Positions 7,822-17,990 of a stretch of 32,000 bases of DNA are shown here, one piece after another. Numbering within the stretch: position 1 is the stretch's first letter; every line of letters starts with the position of its first letter. The stretch covers positions 750,001 to 782,000 of the forward strand of contig NC_017039.1 in the NCBI RefSeq assembly GCF_000284455.1, in the 5' to 3' direction. The notes beneath the pieces were generated by a model. That model did not search any database. It was not told the DNA's origin and saw only the letters and a program-made list of their open reading frames with translations. The position numbers and the translations under genes were made by a program. The DNA is from Synechocystis sp. PCC 6803 substr. PCC-P (GTDB lineage Bacteria > Cyanobacteriota > Cyanobacteriia > Cyanobacteriales > Microcystaceae).

Positions 7822-8854
7822 ATTCAAGCAAAAAAATAACCGTGGTGTGAGCCTGATTGAACTAATTGTTGGGGTAATTATCGGCGGCATTTTAATTCAG
7901 CTAGCTTATTTTGCCTTCTCCGTAAATCGTGAAATGTATTTAAAAGACGCGGCTAAAAATGACACCAATCAAAATCTAAAAACGGTATTTGAAATAGTGG
8001 GCCCCACCATAACCCAAGCGGGGGAAGGTATTGGCACAGATCCCAACTTTCCAGTTATTTCTATTCAACCTTTTCCCACTGGTTCGACTAATTCAGAAAT
8101 CGTTGTCCGTCAGTTAAAAATAGCCACCAGATTGAGGGTTTGTGAAGATGTAACCGCTGGTGCCCAGACAGAAATTACTGTCTTGCGATCCACTGATGAC
8201 AGTACTAAAACCCCTGAAATTCCTCCCGCTGGTTGTGCTCCTGTAGATGGCAATGGAGACAATTATCCTGATGATTTGGCCCAGTGGAAAAGCTATCGAG
8301 AGAGCAATGGCGGCAACCTACGGGTTTATATCTACAACGGCAATGGGCAAGGAGAATTTCTTAACTATGCCAGTGAAGCAATTTATGACGCAGGGGGAAG
8401 TGCCATCGCAGGGACTCCAACCTCAGGGCAGGTAGCTTCGGCTGCCATTGGAGTTACGGGAAACCTTACTAATAATTACACTGCCGGCGGATCAACCCAA
8501 TTGCTAATTCTAGAAGAACGGGGCTATCGCCTCAATGGAACTACTCTGCAAGCAACTATTGATGGGGTTTCCATTGATGTTATTGACAACGTCGGTCAGT
8601 TTACTGTTACCGCCACAGTCATACAAAACAATACTCCTTCCGATTGCACTAGACTTCTTCCCCAAACTAGCACTTTTACCTGCGCCCCTGCCCTAACTAC
8701 AACCTACAATTGGTCCCAAATTAATGGTATTAACGTTACCAGTCGTCCCGGCATTGGCGAAAATACTCCTGGCTTATCCGCCAGCAATGTTAGCCAGATT
8801 AATGGTAAATCCCAAACTCAGACTTTTTATCCACGGAATTTGATTAACTTCTAG
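7772..8854 (+). CDS. PilW-like pseudopilin
   Basis: Prepilin signal NRG^VSLIELIVGVIIGGILIQ with Glu +5. Start at 7772 (ATG) or 7745 (TTG), both overlapping the upstream CDS. Confidence 0.85.
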   Translation: MKPSIVYKLFFLVSAPKFKQKNNRGVSLIELIVGVIIGGILIQLAYFAFSVNREMYLKDAAKNDTNQNLKTVFEIVGPTITQAGEGIGTDPNFPVISIQPFPTGSTNSEIVVRQLKIATRLRVCEDVTAGAQTEITVLRSTDDSTKTPEIPPAGCAPVDGNGDNYPDDLAQWKSYRESNGGNLRVYIYNGNGQGEFLNYASEAIYDAGGSAIAGTPTSGQVASAAIGVTGNLTNNYTAGGSTQLLILEERGYRLNGTTLQATIDGVSIDVIDNVGQFTVTATVIQNNTPSDCTRLLPQTSTFTCAPALTTTYNWSQINGINVTSRPGIGENTPGLSASNVSQINGKSQTQTFYPRNLINF

Positions 8855-8929
8855 AGCAATATAGCCTAATTTTTTGTCTATTCTATCTTCTTATAACTCT
8901 GCTTACAGCTATTTTTACTCACTAAAGTC

Positions 8930-11329
8930 ATGAAAAATAAAGCGATTGGTAATCTTCGTCTGACTCTATTTTTATTCTCTAGAAATCCTAAGAGTAACCC
9001 TAGGGGTTATATGCTCTTTTTGGTCGTATCTCTACTAATTACCCTCTCCGGTTTGTTGGTAGCCTATGCTATTTTAGCCAAGCTTCATACCCTATCGTCT
9101 AAAGGAACTGCCATAGGAAGTAGTGGTTTCTACGGTGCAGAAGGAGCCCTGAATATGCGGGTAGAAGAATTACGGGAAGTTTTTCTGAGTGATAGAAATC
9201 CTAGCGGCACCAGTCCTAGCTCTTTAGACCAATGCCTACAGCAGTCTAACTTGGGGACCGGGGATTTCCGTTGCAAGGTGGCGAGTTTTGCTTCCCCCGA
9301 TGACGCTACAGCCAATATTCTGGCTTACAGCTATGTGGTACCAGAAAACAATGGCGTGGCTACCCAGGGCACAGTGCCCCCAGGGGATACTTTTCAGGGA
9401 TTGAATATGCTGGAAAGTCGCTATGCCATCAGTGCAGTTAGCGCTAAAGAAGGTGCTAGCCCTGACGAAGTAATTGCCATGACCGAAATGGTGGTAAAAA
9501 GTAGGCAAATTCCCATGTTTCAGTTTGCCGCTTTCTACGCCAACGATTTAGAAATTTTGCCTGGTGCCCGCATGGACTTAGAAGGTCCGGTTCACACTAA
9601 TGGCGATCTTTTTCTGGGGGCTAACAACAATGCACCCAACGGTCTGACAATTACAGGGCAAGTCACAGTTGGTAATCAGCTTTTTAATCATCGTAAAAAT
9701 GATAATTCTACTTATCCTGATGGCCGGGTACGAATTGCTAATGGAGCAGGAACTTTGATTAATTTGTTGTCTGGAGGGACTGGAGGCACTACCCAAACAA
9801 CAGCGGCCATGAATCCGGCTAATGTTAATGCCAGTTGGGGAAGCCAAGTACAACTGGGGGTAGAGGCATTGTCCATTCCCACCATTAGTACCTTGGGGGT
9901 TGGGGGTAACTATGCTCAACAAGCTGATATCAACTTTGTTTATGCTCCAGAGAAAACTGGTGTTAATGTTCCTGGTATTGGCACGACCATAATTCCGTTT
10001 GATGTCACAGCTACTAAACGCGATGCGCTTGGCGCTGGAACTTCTACAACGCTGACCAATGCTCAATTGGCCAGTTTACGTCAGCCCGTTTTGGCAACAG
10101 GGGCAGCAGTAACAGCAGGAGTTTGTACTCGTGTTGGTTCAAGTCTGACTCCAGCTCAAATTGCGACTCTACCAACTGGTCTATCAGATACACTCCGTAT
10201 AGCAATTCTCTCTCAAACTATCCCAGTTCCTTTTTCCGCTACCAATGTTCGTTTTTCTGATATTGATCCTCTCAACTTAAATGCCAACACTACTGCATTA
10301 ACAGGGATAAGAAATATTCTCTTCGGGACTTTGAATACTGCTCAACAAACTTTGATACTGCCTTTGACTCCCAATCAAATTGCTGATTTAGCTGGTGGTT
10401 GTTTTATCAGTGCCCCCATTCAGTATAGGGATCCTGCCGCCACTGGTTACACCGCTACTGGACTAAGCTTTGTGAATAACCGCGAGCGTGACGGAGGTAA
10501 TCCGAGAACCATGCGCCTGCTTCAAATAAATTTAGAAAGTTTGACCGTTTGGAATTTTCAGGGATGGTATCTTGATAATGCTGGTACAGGCTTAATTTCT
10601 GCCAATCAACTATTATTTACCACGGCCACAGCAGATAATGCCGCTCCTCTGAATTCTTTCCAAAACTTAGGTTTAGCGGCTTCCGACACCAGTAGTAATG
10701 GTTTAGTTTTTCATGCCACTGTTAGTGCCAGTGCTACCCCAAACCCCAACACCAATGCTAGTCCCTACGGATTTGTGTTGGTTGGGGGCAGGCAATTGCC
10801 AGGATTGGCAGAAACTACAAATAACTTTGATCCCACAGGTTTAACCTTTGTCAGTGATCAGGCAGTCTATGTGGTGGGAAATTACAACACTGTCAATTGG
10901 CAACCAGCAAGTGTACTGGCTGATTCGTTAAATGTTCTTTCACGTTTACGACTTAATAATGATTTCCAGCTCAATAAAGCTTCTCTTACGACGGCCCCAG
11001 TCTCGGAGGATACAACAGTTAACACGGCATTTTTGGCTGGTACAGATATAACTAACTCAACTCTGACTCCCGGCTACAATGGTGGGCTAGAAAACTATCC
11101 CCGTTTCCACGAAAATTGGGGTGGGAGAACCCTGACCTACAGAGGATCTTTTGTTAGTACAGGATTACCCGAGCGGGTTACGGGGCGATGGAGCAATCAG
11201 GTATATGGTGCACCCAATCGAGATTGGCGCTATGATACCCGATTCAATAATGCCAAGAATTTACCGCCCCTGTCTCCCCGGTTTGTATTTCTGAAACAAG
11301 AGGGCTTCTCCCGTAATTTTGACCAGTAA
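8930..11329 (+). CDS. Very large PilX-like / HpsA-like pseudopilin-related surface protein, 799 aa
   Basis: N-terminus NPRG^YMLFLVVSLLITLSGLLVAYAI has a prepilin-like Gly and a long hydrophobic helix but no Glu +5. The downstream MDLEGPVHTNGDLFLGANN segment resembles cyanobacterial PilX/HpsA-type proteins. Confidence 0.75.
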   Translation: MKNKAIGNLRLTLFLFSRNPKSNPRGYMLFLVVSLLITLSGLLVAYAILAKLHTLSSKGTAIGSSGFYGAEGALNMRVEELREVFLSDRNPSGTSPSSLDQCLQQSNLGTGDFRCKVASFASPDDATANILAYSYVVPENNGVATQGTVPPGDTFQGLNMLESRYAISAVSAKEGASPDEVIAMTEMVVKSRQIPMFQFAAFYANDLEILPGARMDLEGPVHTNGDLFLGANNNAPNGLTITGQVTVGNQLFNHRKNDNSTYPDGRVRIANGAGTLINLLSGGTGGTTQTTAAMNPANVNASWGSQVQLGVEALSIPTISTLGVGGNYAQQADINFVYAPEKTGVNVPGIGTTIIPFDVTATKRDALGAGTSTTLTNAQLASLRQPVLATGAAVTAGVCTRVGSSLTPAQIATLPTGLSDTLRIAILSQTIPVPFSATNVRFSDIDPLNLNANTTALTGIRNILFGTLNTAQQTLILPLTPNQIADLAGGCFISAPIQYRDPAATGYTATGLSFVNNRERDGGNPRTMRLLQINLESLTVWNFQGWYLDNAGTGLISANQLLFTTATADNAAPLNSFQNLGLAASDTSSNGLVFHATVSASATPNPNTNASPYGFVLVGGRQLPGLAETTNNFDPTGLTFVSDQAVYVVGNYNTVNWQPASVLADSLNVLSRLRLNNDFQLNKASLTTAPVSEDTTVNTAFLAGTDITNSTLTPGYNGGLENYPRFHENWGGRTLTYRGSFVSTGLPERVTGRWSNQVYGAPNRDWRYDTRFNNAKNLPPLSPRFVFLKQEGFSRNFDQ

Positions 11330-11582
11330 AACTTGTATATTTATCTCCCGTAACTAGTCCAGGAGACCACTATTTCAATGGCTACATTTGAGCATTTTTT
11401 TGGCGTCTGAAAATGGCTACTAATCGGCCCTAGAGAGAGAATTTGGGGATGGGTCACTTTTTGGGGGAAATACATCACCCTAAACTTCTCAAACATACCC
11501 TTGGGCAGAAAAAGGACTTCCGCTGTACTGTGTTAGATGGTGCCTCAGCCTAGAATCATCGTTTTTTGTCTTTGCCGACTCT

Positions 11583-13364
11583 GTGACTAAACCCATTGCC
11601 CCCCTCCTCAGCCTTTTAAATTACAGCCGGGTCCACCGTGCCAAAATTTACTGGGCGGTAACCTGCTCATTGCTGAACAAAATTTTTGATCTGGCTCCCC
11701 CGGCCCTAATTGGTTTAGCCGTGGATGTGGTGATCAAACAGCAGGATTCTTTCCTGTCCCGTTGGGGCATTGTTTCCGTACAAAGCCAACTGTTGGTGCT
11801 GACGGTGGCTTCGGCGGTTATTTGGGCCCTGGAATCAATTTTTGAGTATGCCTACGAGCGGCTTTGGCGTAACCTCGCCCAGGATATCCAACACGATCTG
11901 CGCCTGGATGCCTATGCCCATTTGCAACAGCTAGACCTGGCCTATTTCGAGGAAAGGAGTACGGGGCGGCTGATGGCCATTCTCAACGATGACATCAACC
12001 AGTTGGAGCGGTTTTTGGATGTGGGGGCCAACGAAATTTTGCAGGTGCTGACCACAGTGGTGGTGATTGGTGGAGCATTTTTTGTCATTACCCCGGACAT
12101 TGCTTGGATGGCGGTGGTGCCCATGCCCTTTGTGCTGTTGGGGTCGATCTATTTTCAGTCTTTGCTCACTTCCCGTTATGCCCTAGTGCGGGAAAAGGTC
12201 AGTAATTTGAACAGCCGTTTGTCCAATAACCTCAGCGGCATTATGACCATCAAAAGTTTTGCCACCGAAGCGGAAGAGGTGGAACGGCTCCGGCAAGACA
12301 GTGATGCCTATCGGGACAGTAATCAACGGGCGATCGCCTTGAGTGCGGCCTTTGTGCCTTTAATTCGGGTGATTATTTTTGCCGGTTTTTCCACCATTCT
12401 CTACTTCGGTGGTTTGGATGCGGTGCGGGGTAATTTGGCGGTGGGCAGTTACAGTATGTTGGTCTTTTTAACCCAACGACTACTCTGGCCGCTGACGGGT
12501 TTGGGCAAAACTCTGGATTTATATCAACGGGCCATGGCTTCCACCCAGCGGGTGATGCAACTTTTAGCAACTCCTATTCAAGCTCATCCGGGGGAATTAA
12601 GCCTCCATCCTAGCCAGGTGCAAGGGGAATTAGTTTTCCAAAATATTAGCTTTGCCTATCCCCATCGTTCAGCGGTGTTGAAAAATGTTTCCCTAAGGGT
12701 ACCGGCGGGGCAAACCATCGGCATTGTGGGGGCAACGGGGTCGGGAAAAAGCACTCTGGTCAAACTATTACTGCGACTGTACGAATGGGATAGCGGTGAC
12801 ATTCTCCTAGACGGGGTGGATCTGAAGAAATATTTCCTGGGGGATTTACGGCGCAGTGTCGGTTTAGTAAGCCAGGACGTGTTTTTATTCCACGGTACGG
12901 TGCGGGAGAATATTGCCTACGGCAGTGCTGACGCCACTTTGGCCCAAATTGAACGGGCGGCCAACCTAGCGGAGGCAGAGGAATTCATCAACCAGTTACC
13001 CCAGGGCTACGACACCATTATTGGCGAACGGGGACAAAAACTTTCCGGTGGTCAACGGCAACGGTTGGCGATCGCCAGGGCTATTTTAAAAAATCCTCCC
13101 ATTCTGATTTTGGATGAAGCCACGTCAGCGGTGGACAACGAAACAGAGGCGGCCATTGTCCGTTCCCTGGAAAAAATCACCAAAAATCGCACCACCATTA
13201 CCATTGCCCATCGCCTTTCCACTGTGCGCTATGCCGATCAAATTTACGTGCTGGAAAACGGCATGGTACAAGAAATGGGCAGCCACGAAAGCCTACTGGC
13301 TCACCAAGGACTATATGCCAAACTGTGGCGGGTGCAAACGGGGCTAAGGAGTGGGGTTAGTTAG
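11583..13364 (+). CDS. ABC transporter with fused permease and ATPase (MsbA-like exporter)
   Basis: Walker A GATGSGKST, ABC signature LSGGQRQRLAIARAI, Walker B PILILDEATSAVD, and an N-terminal TM domain. Confidence 0.95.
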   Translation: MTKPIAPLLSLLNYSRVHRAKIYWAVTCSLLNKIFDLAPPALIGLAVDVVIKQQDSFLSRWGIVSVQSQLLVLTVASAVIWALESIFEYAYERLWRNLAQDIQHDLRLDAYAHLQQLDLAYFEERSTGRLMAILNDDINQLERFLDVGANEILQVLTTVVVIGGAFFVITPDIAWMAVVPMPFVLLGSIYFQSLLTSRYALVREKVSNLNSRLSNNLSGIMTIKSFATEAEEVERLRQDSDAYRDSNQRAIALSAAFVPLIRVIIFAGFSTILYFGGLDAVRGNLAVGSYSMLVFLTQRLLWPLTGLGKTLDLYQRAMASTQRVMQLLATPIQAHPGELSLHPSQVQGELVFQNISFAYPHRSAVLKNVSLRVPAGQTIGIVGATGSGKSTLVKLLLRLYEWDSGDILLDGVDLKKYFLGDLRRSVGLVSQDVFLFHGTVRENIAYGSADATLAQIERAANLAEAEEFINQLPQGYDTIIGERGQKLSGGQRQRLAIARAILKNPPILILDEATSAVDNETEAAIVRSLEKITKNRTTITIAHRLSTVRYADQIYVLENGMVQEMGSHESLLAHQGLYAKLWRVQTGLRSGVS

Positions 13365-13417
13365 CTCCAGTCCGGAGATAATCGGATTTTTGAAATCCTT
13401 ACCCTTACCCAATGGGA

Positions 13418-14173
13418 CTAATCGATCCAGATGCGCTCTTCCCAATCCTTTTCTGCAGTGGATTTAGCGCCATCTGCCAAAACCGAAGCTAGGTCGAAAT
13501 CCTCCCGGTTGGAATTGGTGGTAGAACTGCTACTACCTTGGGTTGACTTGGTTTTACCTGTGCGTATCTTCCCGTTACCAGAATTACTGGCAAAGGGATT
13601 AAGGATAATACGTCCACCATTATCGTTTGCACGGGAGGGGGTGACTCGGTCCCGAGAAGGGGTGTTGACGGGGGCGCGGCGATCGCCCATTCCCTTGGTT
13701 TCGTAGCCTGTTTCCGTTTGTAGGCGAGTATCCCGGACAAAAGCGATGTTGCTCTGGGTATTTCGACCTTGAAAAGCAGAAGTGGTTATTGCTTCTGGCA
13801 TCAAATGTTCGAGGAAATAATCAAGGGTCTTTTGTTTTACCCAACCCTTGAGCACCGCCACTGAACCAAATCTAACCCCCAATTTGCGCTGTTCTTCCAG
13901 GATTAAATTAACCTGATCCTCTTGGAGTAAATAGGCCTGCTGTAGGTAATAACCCAGGGGACGGCGATCGCGGGTTTTGACCATCCGGGGCCAGGATTCG
14001 GCAAAAAAGTCCACTGTTTCTTGGTGTAACCAGCCCCGCACCACTAAAATTTCGCCAATGGGCAGAGGGGAATATTGTTGGTCCTGGAGAGCAACCTGTA
14101 TCTGGGCCTCGGTAATGAGGTCAGCTTCCCTTAAAATTTCGCCTAGCAATCGGGAACAGGGGGATTGAGCCAT
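13418..14173 (-). CDS. Protein with two tandem MshEN/GspE-N-like domains and a disordered C-terminus
   Basis: Four repeated units: LLGEILREADLITEAQIQVALQDQ, PIGEILVVRGWLHQETVDFFAE, PLGYYLQQAYLLQEDQVNLILEEQ and RFGSVAVLKGWVKQKTLDYFLE. Confidence 0.7.
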   Translation of the reverse strand: MAQSPCSRLLGEILREADLITEAQIQVALQDQQYSPLPIGEILVVRGWLHQETVDFFAESWPRMVKTRDRRPLGYYLQQAYLLQEDQVNLILEEQRKLGVRFGSVAVLKGWVKQKTLDYFLEHLMPEAITTSAFQGRNTQSNIAFVRDTRLQTETGYETKGMGDRRAPVNTPSRDRVTPSRANDNGGRIILNPFASNSGNGKIRTGKTKSTQGSSSSTTNSNREDFDLASVLADGAKSTAEKDWEERIWID

Positions 14174-14401
14174 GACAGTGAATTCACAAAAAAGATTAGC
14201 CTAAAGTAAAGAGATACTGGCAGGTTGGGGACGCACATACGGAAAAAACAGTTCCTACCAGCCCCCTAGACCCCAAAATCCAGCAAAATCATCGCTTGCA
14301 ACGTCAAAAAAACAGATATATTGACTAGAGCCGATAGCTGTCATAATAAACGATCCTTTTACCGATTGTCATTACCAAAAAAATTAAAGTTTAGCCATAC
14401 C

Positions 14402-16639
14402 CTAAGGACAGAATTTTTTCAGACGCAGAGCGTTGGTCACCACGGAAACGGAACTAAAGGCCATGGCGGCCCCAGCCAGGATGGGATTGAGCAGTAAACC
14501 GAAGAGGGGATAGAACAGCCCAGCAGCTACGGGAATGCCGATCACGTTGTAAATAAACGCAAAGAAGAGATTTTGTCTAATATTACCCATGGTGGCCCGG
14601 CTCAGCTTGATAGCGGTCAAAATTCCCTGTAAATCTCCAGCAATCAGAGTAATATCACTGGCGGCGATCGCCACATCGGTGCCAGTACCAATGGCTATGC
14701 CCACATCGGCCTGGGCCAGGGCGGGAGCATCGTTAATGCCATCCCCCACCATGGCGACGATATTTCCCTTCTGTTGCAACTGTTCCACCTGTTGGGCTTT
14801 ATCGCCGGGGCGCACTTGGGCTAACACATGGCGAATACCCACTGTGTCGGCAATGGCTTGGGCGGTGGCTTGGTTGTCTCCAGTGAGCATATAAACGGAT
14901 AAACCCAGTTTTTTCAGAGCCTGTACTACCTGGGGAGAGGATGGTTTGATGGCATCGGCGATCGCCAATAGAGCTTTAACTTCCGTGTCCACTGCCAGCC
15001 AAATAACGGTTTTTTGTTCCTTTTCCCATTGCTGGGCCTGACTTTGCCATGGTTGATGCTCCGTACCAGTTACCCCCAAATCGGTTAACCAATTGGACGT
15101 TCCTAATCGTATCCATTGCCCCTGCCATTGTCCTGCCACCCCACAACCGGCGATCGCCTGGAAATTGTCTATCTCTAGCAAACTAACCTGTTGGGATTGA
15201 CCATAATTAACCACCGCTTCCGCTAGGGGATGTTCGGAATATTGCTCCACACTGGCCGCCCATTGGATTAACTGTAAACTTTCCTCCGTGGAAGTGGGGG
15301 ACAGAGTAAAAAAGTTGGTCACACTGGGTTTGCCCTGGGTTAACGTGCCAGTTTTATCCAGCACAATAGCAGTTAATTTTTCCGCCATTTCCAGGCTGCT
15401 AGCTTCTTTGATTAGCACGCCATACTCCGCCCCTTTACCCGTGCCCACCATCACAGACGTAGGCGTGGCCAAGCCCAACGCACAGGGACAGGCGATGATC
15501 AGCACTTCCACCAAGGTCAACACCGCCAGGGTAATATTGCCCGTGGTCAGCCACCAAATACAAAAAGCGGCGATCGCCACCACAATTACTGTGGGGACAA
15601 ACCAGTGGGTGATGCGGTCAACAAAGTGCTGGATGGGAGCTTTAGAAGCTTGGGCTTGCTGTACCAGTTGGATAATTTGGGCGAGCACGGAATCCTGGCC
15701 CAACTTGCTGACTTGAATGTCTAAACTGCCGCTTTTATTCAACGTGGCCCCAATCACTTCCGTCCCAACGGTTTTATCTACCGGAAAACTTTCCCCCGTC
15801 ACCAACGATTCATCCACAGTGGAATTTCCCGCCACCACCACGCCATCCACCGGAATTTTTTCCCCCGGCCGCACCCGCACCACATCGTTAATTGCCAACT
15901 CGGCGATCGCCACTGTTTCCCAGTGTTCCCCCCGTTTAACGAGTGCTGTTTGGGGTTGTAGCCCCATTAATTTACGGATCGCTGCTGAAGTTTCCCGCCG
16001 GGCCCGCTGTTCCAACGACCGCCCCAACAGAATCAGGGTGATCACCACCGCCGCCGCTTCAAAATAAACGTGGGCTGCTAACCCTTGGCTAGTTAACCAT
16101 TGGGGAAAGAGGGTAATGGCTACGGAGTAAAAATACGCCGCACTGGTGCCCAAGGCTACAAGGGTATCCATGGTGGCACTGCGGGTTCTAACGGATTTCC
16201 AAGCTCCCCGATAAAACTCCGCTCCAGACCAAAACTGCACCGGCGTAGCCAATAACCATTGCAACCAGGGATCATGGAAAATATGGGGAAAATGGGGAAT
16301 ATTTACCCCCAGCATCATGGGCAAGGAGCCAAAAAAGAGCACAGCGCTGATTACTAACCCCGTTACCAATTTGGCCGAAAACACGGGTTTCCTATCCTCG
16401 GTTTGCTGGGAAGATAAAACCTGTTGTTTAAGCACCCTAGCGTGGTAACCCGCTCGCTCCACCGCATCTGTGAGGATTTGGGGGGTCGTTTCCCCGTGAT
16501 AACTGACCACCGCCTGCTCCAGGGCAAAATTCACCTGGCAAGACTGCACCCCCGGCACTTTGGCGATCGCCCGTTCAATGCTGGAAGCACAGGCCGCACA
16601 GCGCATTCCCTCTAGTTGCAGATTGATGGTTTGGGCCAT
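14402..16639 (-). CDS. pacS: Copper-transporting P-type ATPase (PacS/CtaA family), 745 aa
   Basis: N-terminal HMA domain [27 protein letters not shown] and [10 protein letters not shown] motifs. Confidence 0.92.
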   Translation of the reverse strand: MAQTINLQLEGMRCAACASSIERAIAKVPGVQSCQVNFALEQAVVSYHGETTPQILTDAVERAGYHARVLKQQVLSSQQTEDRKPVFSAKLVTGLVISAVLFFGSLPMMLGVNIPHFPHIFHDPWLQWLLATPVQFWSGAEFYRGAWKSVRTRSATMDTLVALGTSAAYFYSVAITLFPQWLTSQGLAAHVYFEAAAVVITLILLGRSLEQRARRETSAAIRKLMGLQPQTALVKRGEHWETVAIAELAINDVVRVRPGEKIPVDGVVVAGNSTVDESLVTGESFPVDKTVGTEVIGATLNKSGSLDIQVSKLGQDSVLAQIIQLVQQAQASKAPIQHFVDRITHWFVPTVIVVAIAAFCIWWLTTGNITLAVLTLVEVLIIACPCALGLATPTSVMVGTGKGAEYGVLIKEASSLEMAEKLTAIVLDKTGTLTQGKPSVTNFFTLSPTSTEESLQLIQWAASVEQYSEHPLAEAVVNYGQSQQVSLLEIDNFQAIAGCGVAGQWQGQWIRLGTSNWLTDLGVTGTEHQPWQSQAQQWEKEQKTVIWLAVDTEVKALLAIADAIKPSSPQVVQALKKLGLSVYMLTGDNQATAQAIADTVGIRHVLAQVRPGDKAQQVEQLQQKGNIVAMVGDGINDAPALAQADVGIAIGTGTDVAIAASDITLIAGDLQGILTAIKLSRATMGNIRQNLFFAFIYNVIGIPVAAGLFYPLFGLLLNPILAGAAMAFSSVSVVTNALRLKKFCP

Positions 16640-16732
16640 GGTTAATCGGTAATACTCAGTACAAAGAAAAGCTTACCTTCAATTTTAGCCACCGCCCATT
16701 GGCAAGCTCAGGAATAGCTCCGGGCCCCGCCT

Positions 16733-16741
16733 TGGTATAAT
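16733..16741 (+). promoter_or_regulatory. Candidate extended -10 (TTGGTATAAT context) upstream of fabD
   Basis: TGG preceding TATAAT (16736-16741) matches the TGn extended -10 form. There is no good -35 at 17 bp. It lies about 90 nt upstream of the fabD ATG. Confidence 0.4.
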
Positions 16742-16827
16742 TGCCTAGCTAAAGACGGACGATGTCAGCAGTGGAACTCTTTGGCAGTGACCAAATTTTT
16801 AATTTTTTAATTTACTGAGATAAGTAC

Positions 16828-17709
16828 ATGAAAACTGCATGGGTATTCCCCGGCCAAGGTTCCCAAGCTGTGGGCATGGGGGTAGATCTGCTCTCAACGG
16901 CGATCGCCAAGGAAAAATATCAGCAAGCCGAAGAAATTCTTGGCTGGTCAGTGGTGGAAAAATGCCAAGGGGATGAAGCTAGCCTGGCCCTGACCCAAAA
17001 TACCCAACCCTGTTTGTACGTTATTGAAGCAATTTTGGCTGATTTGCTCAGGGATAAAGGTTTTCAGCCCGATTACGTAGCCGGTCATAGTCTGGGGGAA
17101 TATTCCGCCCTCTACGCCGCTGGGGTATTTGATTTTGCCACGGGTTTGCAACTGGTTAAACAACGGTCAGAGGTGATGGCCAGCGCTTCCGGGGGCATGA
17201 TGGCCGCCCTGATGAAGTTCGATCAAACCCAGTTACAGCAAGCCCTGACGGATAATACAGAGGTTGTATTAGCTAACGATAACAGCCCCGAACAGGTAGT
17301 AATTTCCGGTACTGTGGCCGGTGTAGAAGCAATTTTAGCCAACGTCAAGGCACGCCGAGCCGTGCCTCTGAAGGTTTCCGGTGCTTTCCACTCCAGCTTT
17401 ATGGCCCAACCTTCCCAATCCTTCGCCCAAACCCTGACAGCTTGCCATTTCAACGACGCCACTGTGCCCGTACTCTCCAACGTTGATCCTAGCCCTACCC
17501 AAAACGGCGATCGCCTGAAAGAAAAACTAATTCAACAAATGACCGGTTCCGTGCGCTGGCGGGAAACCATGGTTAACCTAGGAGAAATTGGGGCAACGGA
17601 TTATTGGGAAGTGGGCCCAGGCAAAGTACTGACTGGTCTATGTAAACGAACTTGCCCTGATCTGAACCTGAAAAATATTGGCCAATTAGACGACTTGAAT
17701 TCCCTGTAG
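16828..17709 (+). CDS. fabD: Malonyl CoA-acyl carrier protein transacylase
   Basis: VFPGQGSQAVGMG, GHSLGEYSALYAAG, and QKSGAFHS-type motif KVSGAFHSSFM. Confidence 0.95.
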   Translation: MKTAWVFPGQGSQAVGMGVDLLSTAIAKEKYQQAEEILGWSVVEKCQGDEASLALTQNTQPCLYVIEAILADLLRDKGFQPDYVAGHSLGEYSALYAAGVFDFATGLQLVKQRSEVMASASGGMMAALMKFDQTQLQQALTDNTEVVLANDNSPEQVVISGTVAGVEAILANVKARRAVPLKVSGAFHSSFMAQPSQSFAQTLTACHFNDATVPVLSNVDPSPTQNGDRLKEKLIQQMTGSVRWRETMVNLGEIGATDYWEVGPGKVLTGLCKRTCPDLNLKNIGQLDDLNSL

Positions 17710-17990
17710 GGTGACGGAAAAGTCTGGATTTATCCCCTAAATTCCCCAATACTGGGAGGCTTTGGAATTAGATTCTGCCCATAATCAAAGGATCACAGGG
17801 ACTTCTCAACCATGATCCTATGGTTCCCCTTCTCCCGTCTAGGCTTGCTAACATTGACCTTCTGGGAGTTTGTTCCCACCCCAAATTCCTCTAAGATGAA
17901 CAGAGCAAGCAAGAATTTTGACGGGTTGGCAGCATCCAACAAGTCTGCCACAGCTGTTTTTCACCCCATTTTCTCGAAGGAGAGTCTATC

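Noticed and set aside
13384-13398. GGATTT-TTG-AAATCC hairpin between the ABC exporter and MshEN-like genes
   Set aside because: Short AT-rich stem, likely chance.
14589-16067. Three plus-strand ORFs (101, 142 and 116 aa) inside pacS
   Set aside because: Shadow ORFs antisense to a P-type ATPase with all motifs intact. No recognisable domains.
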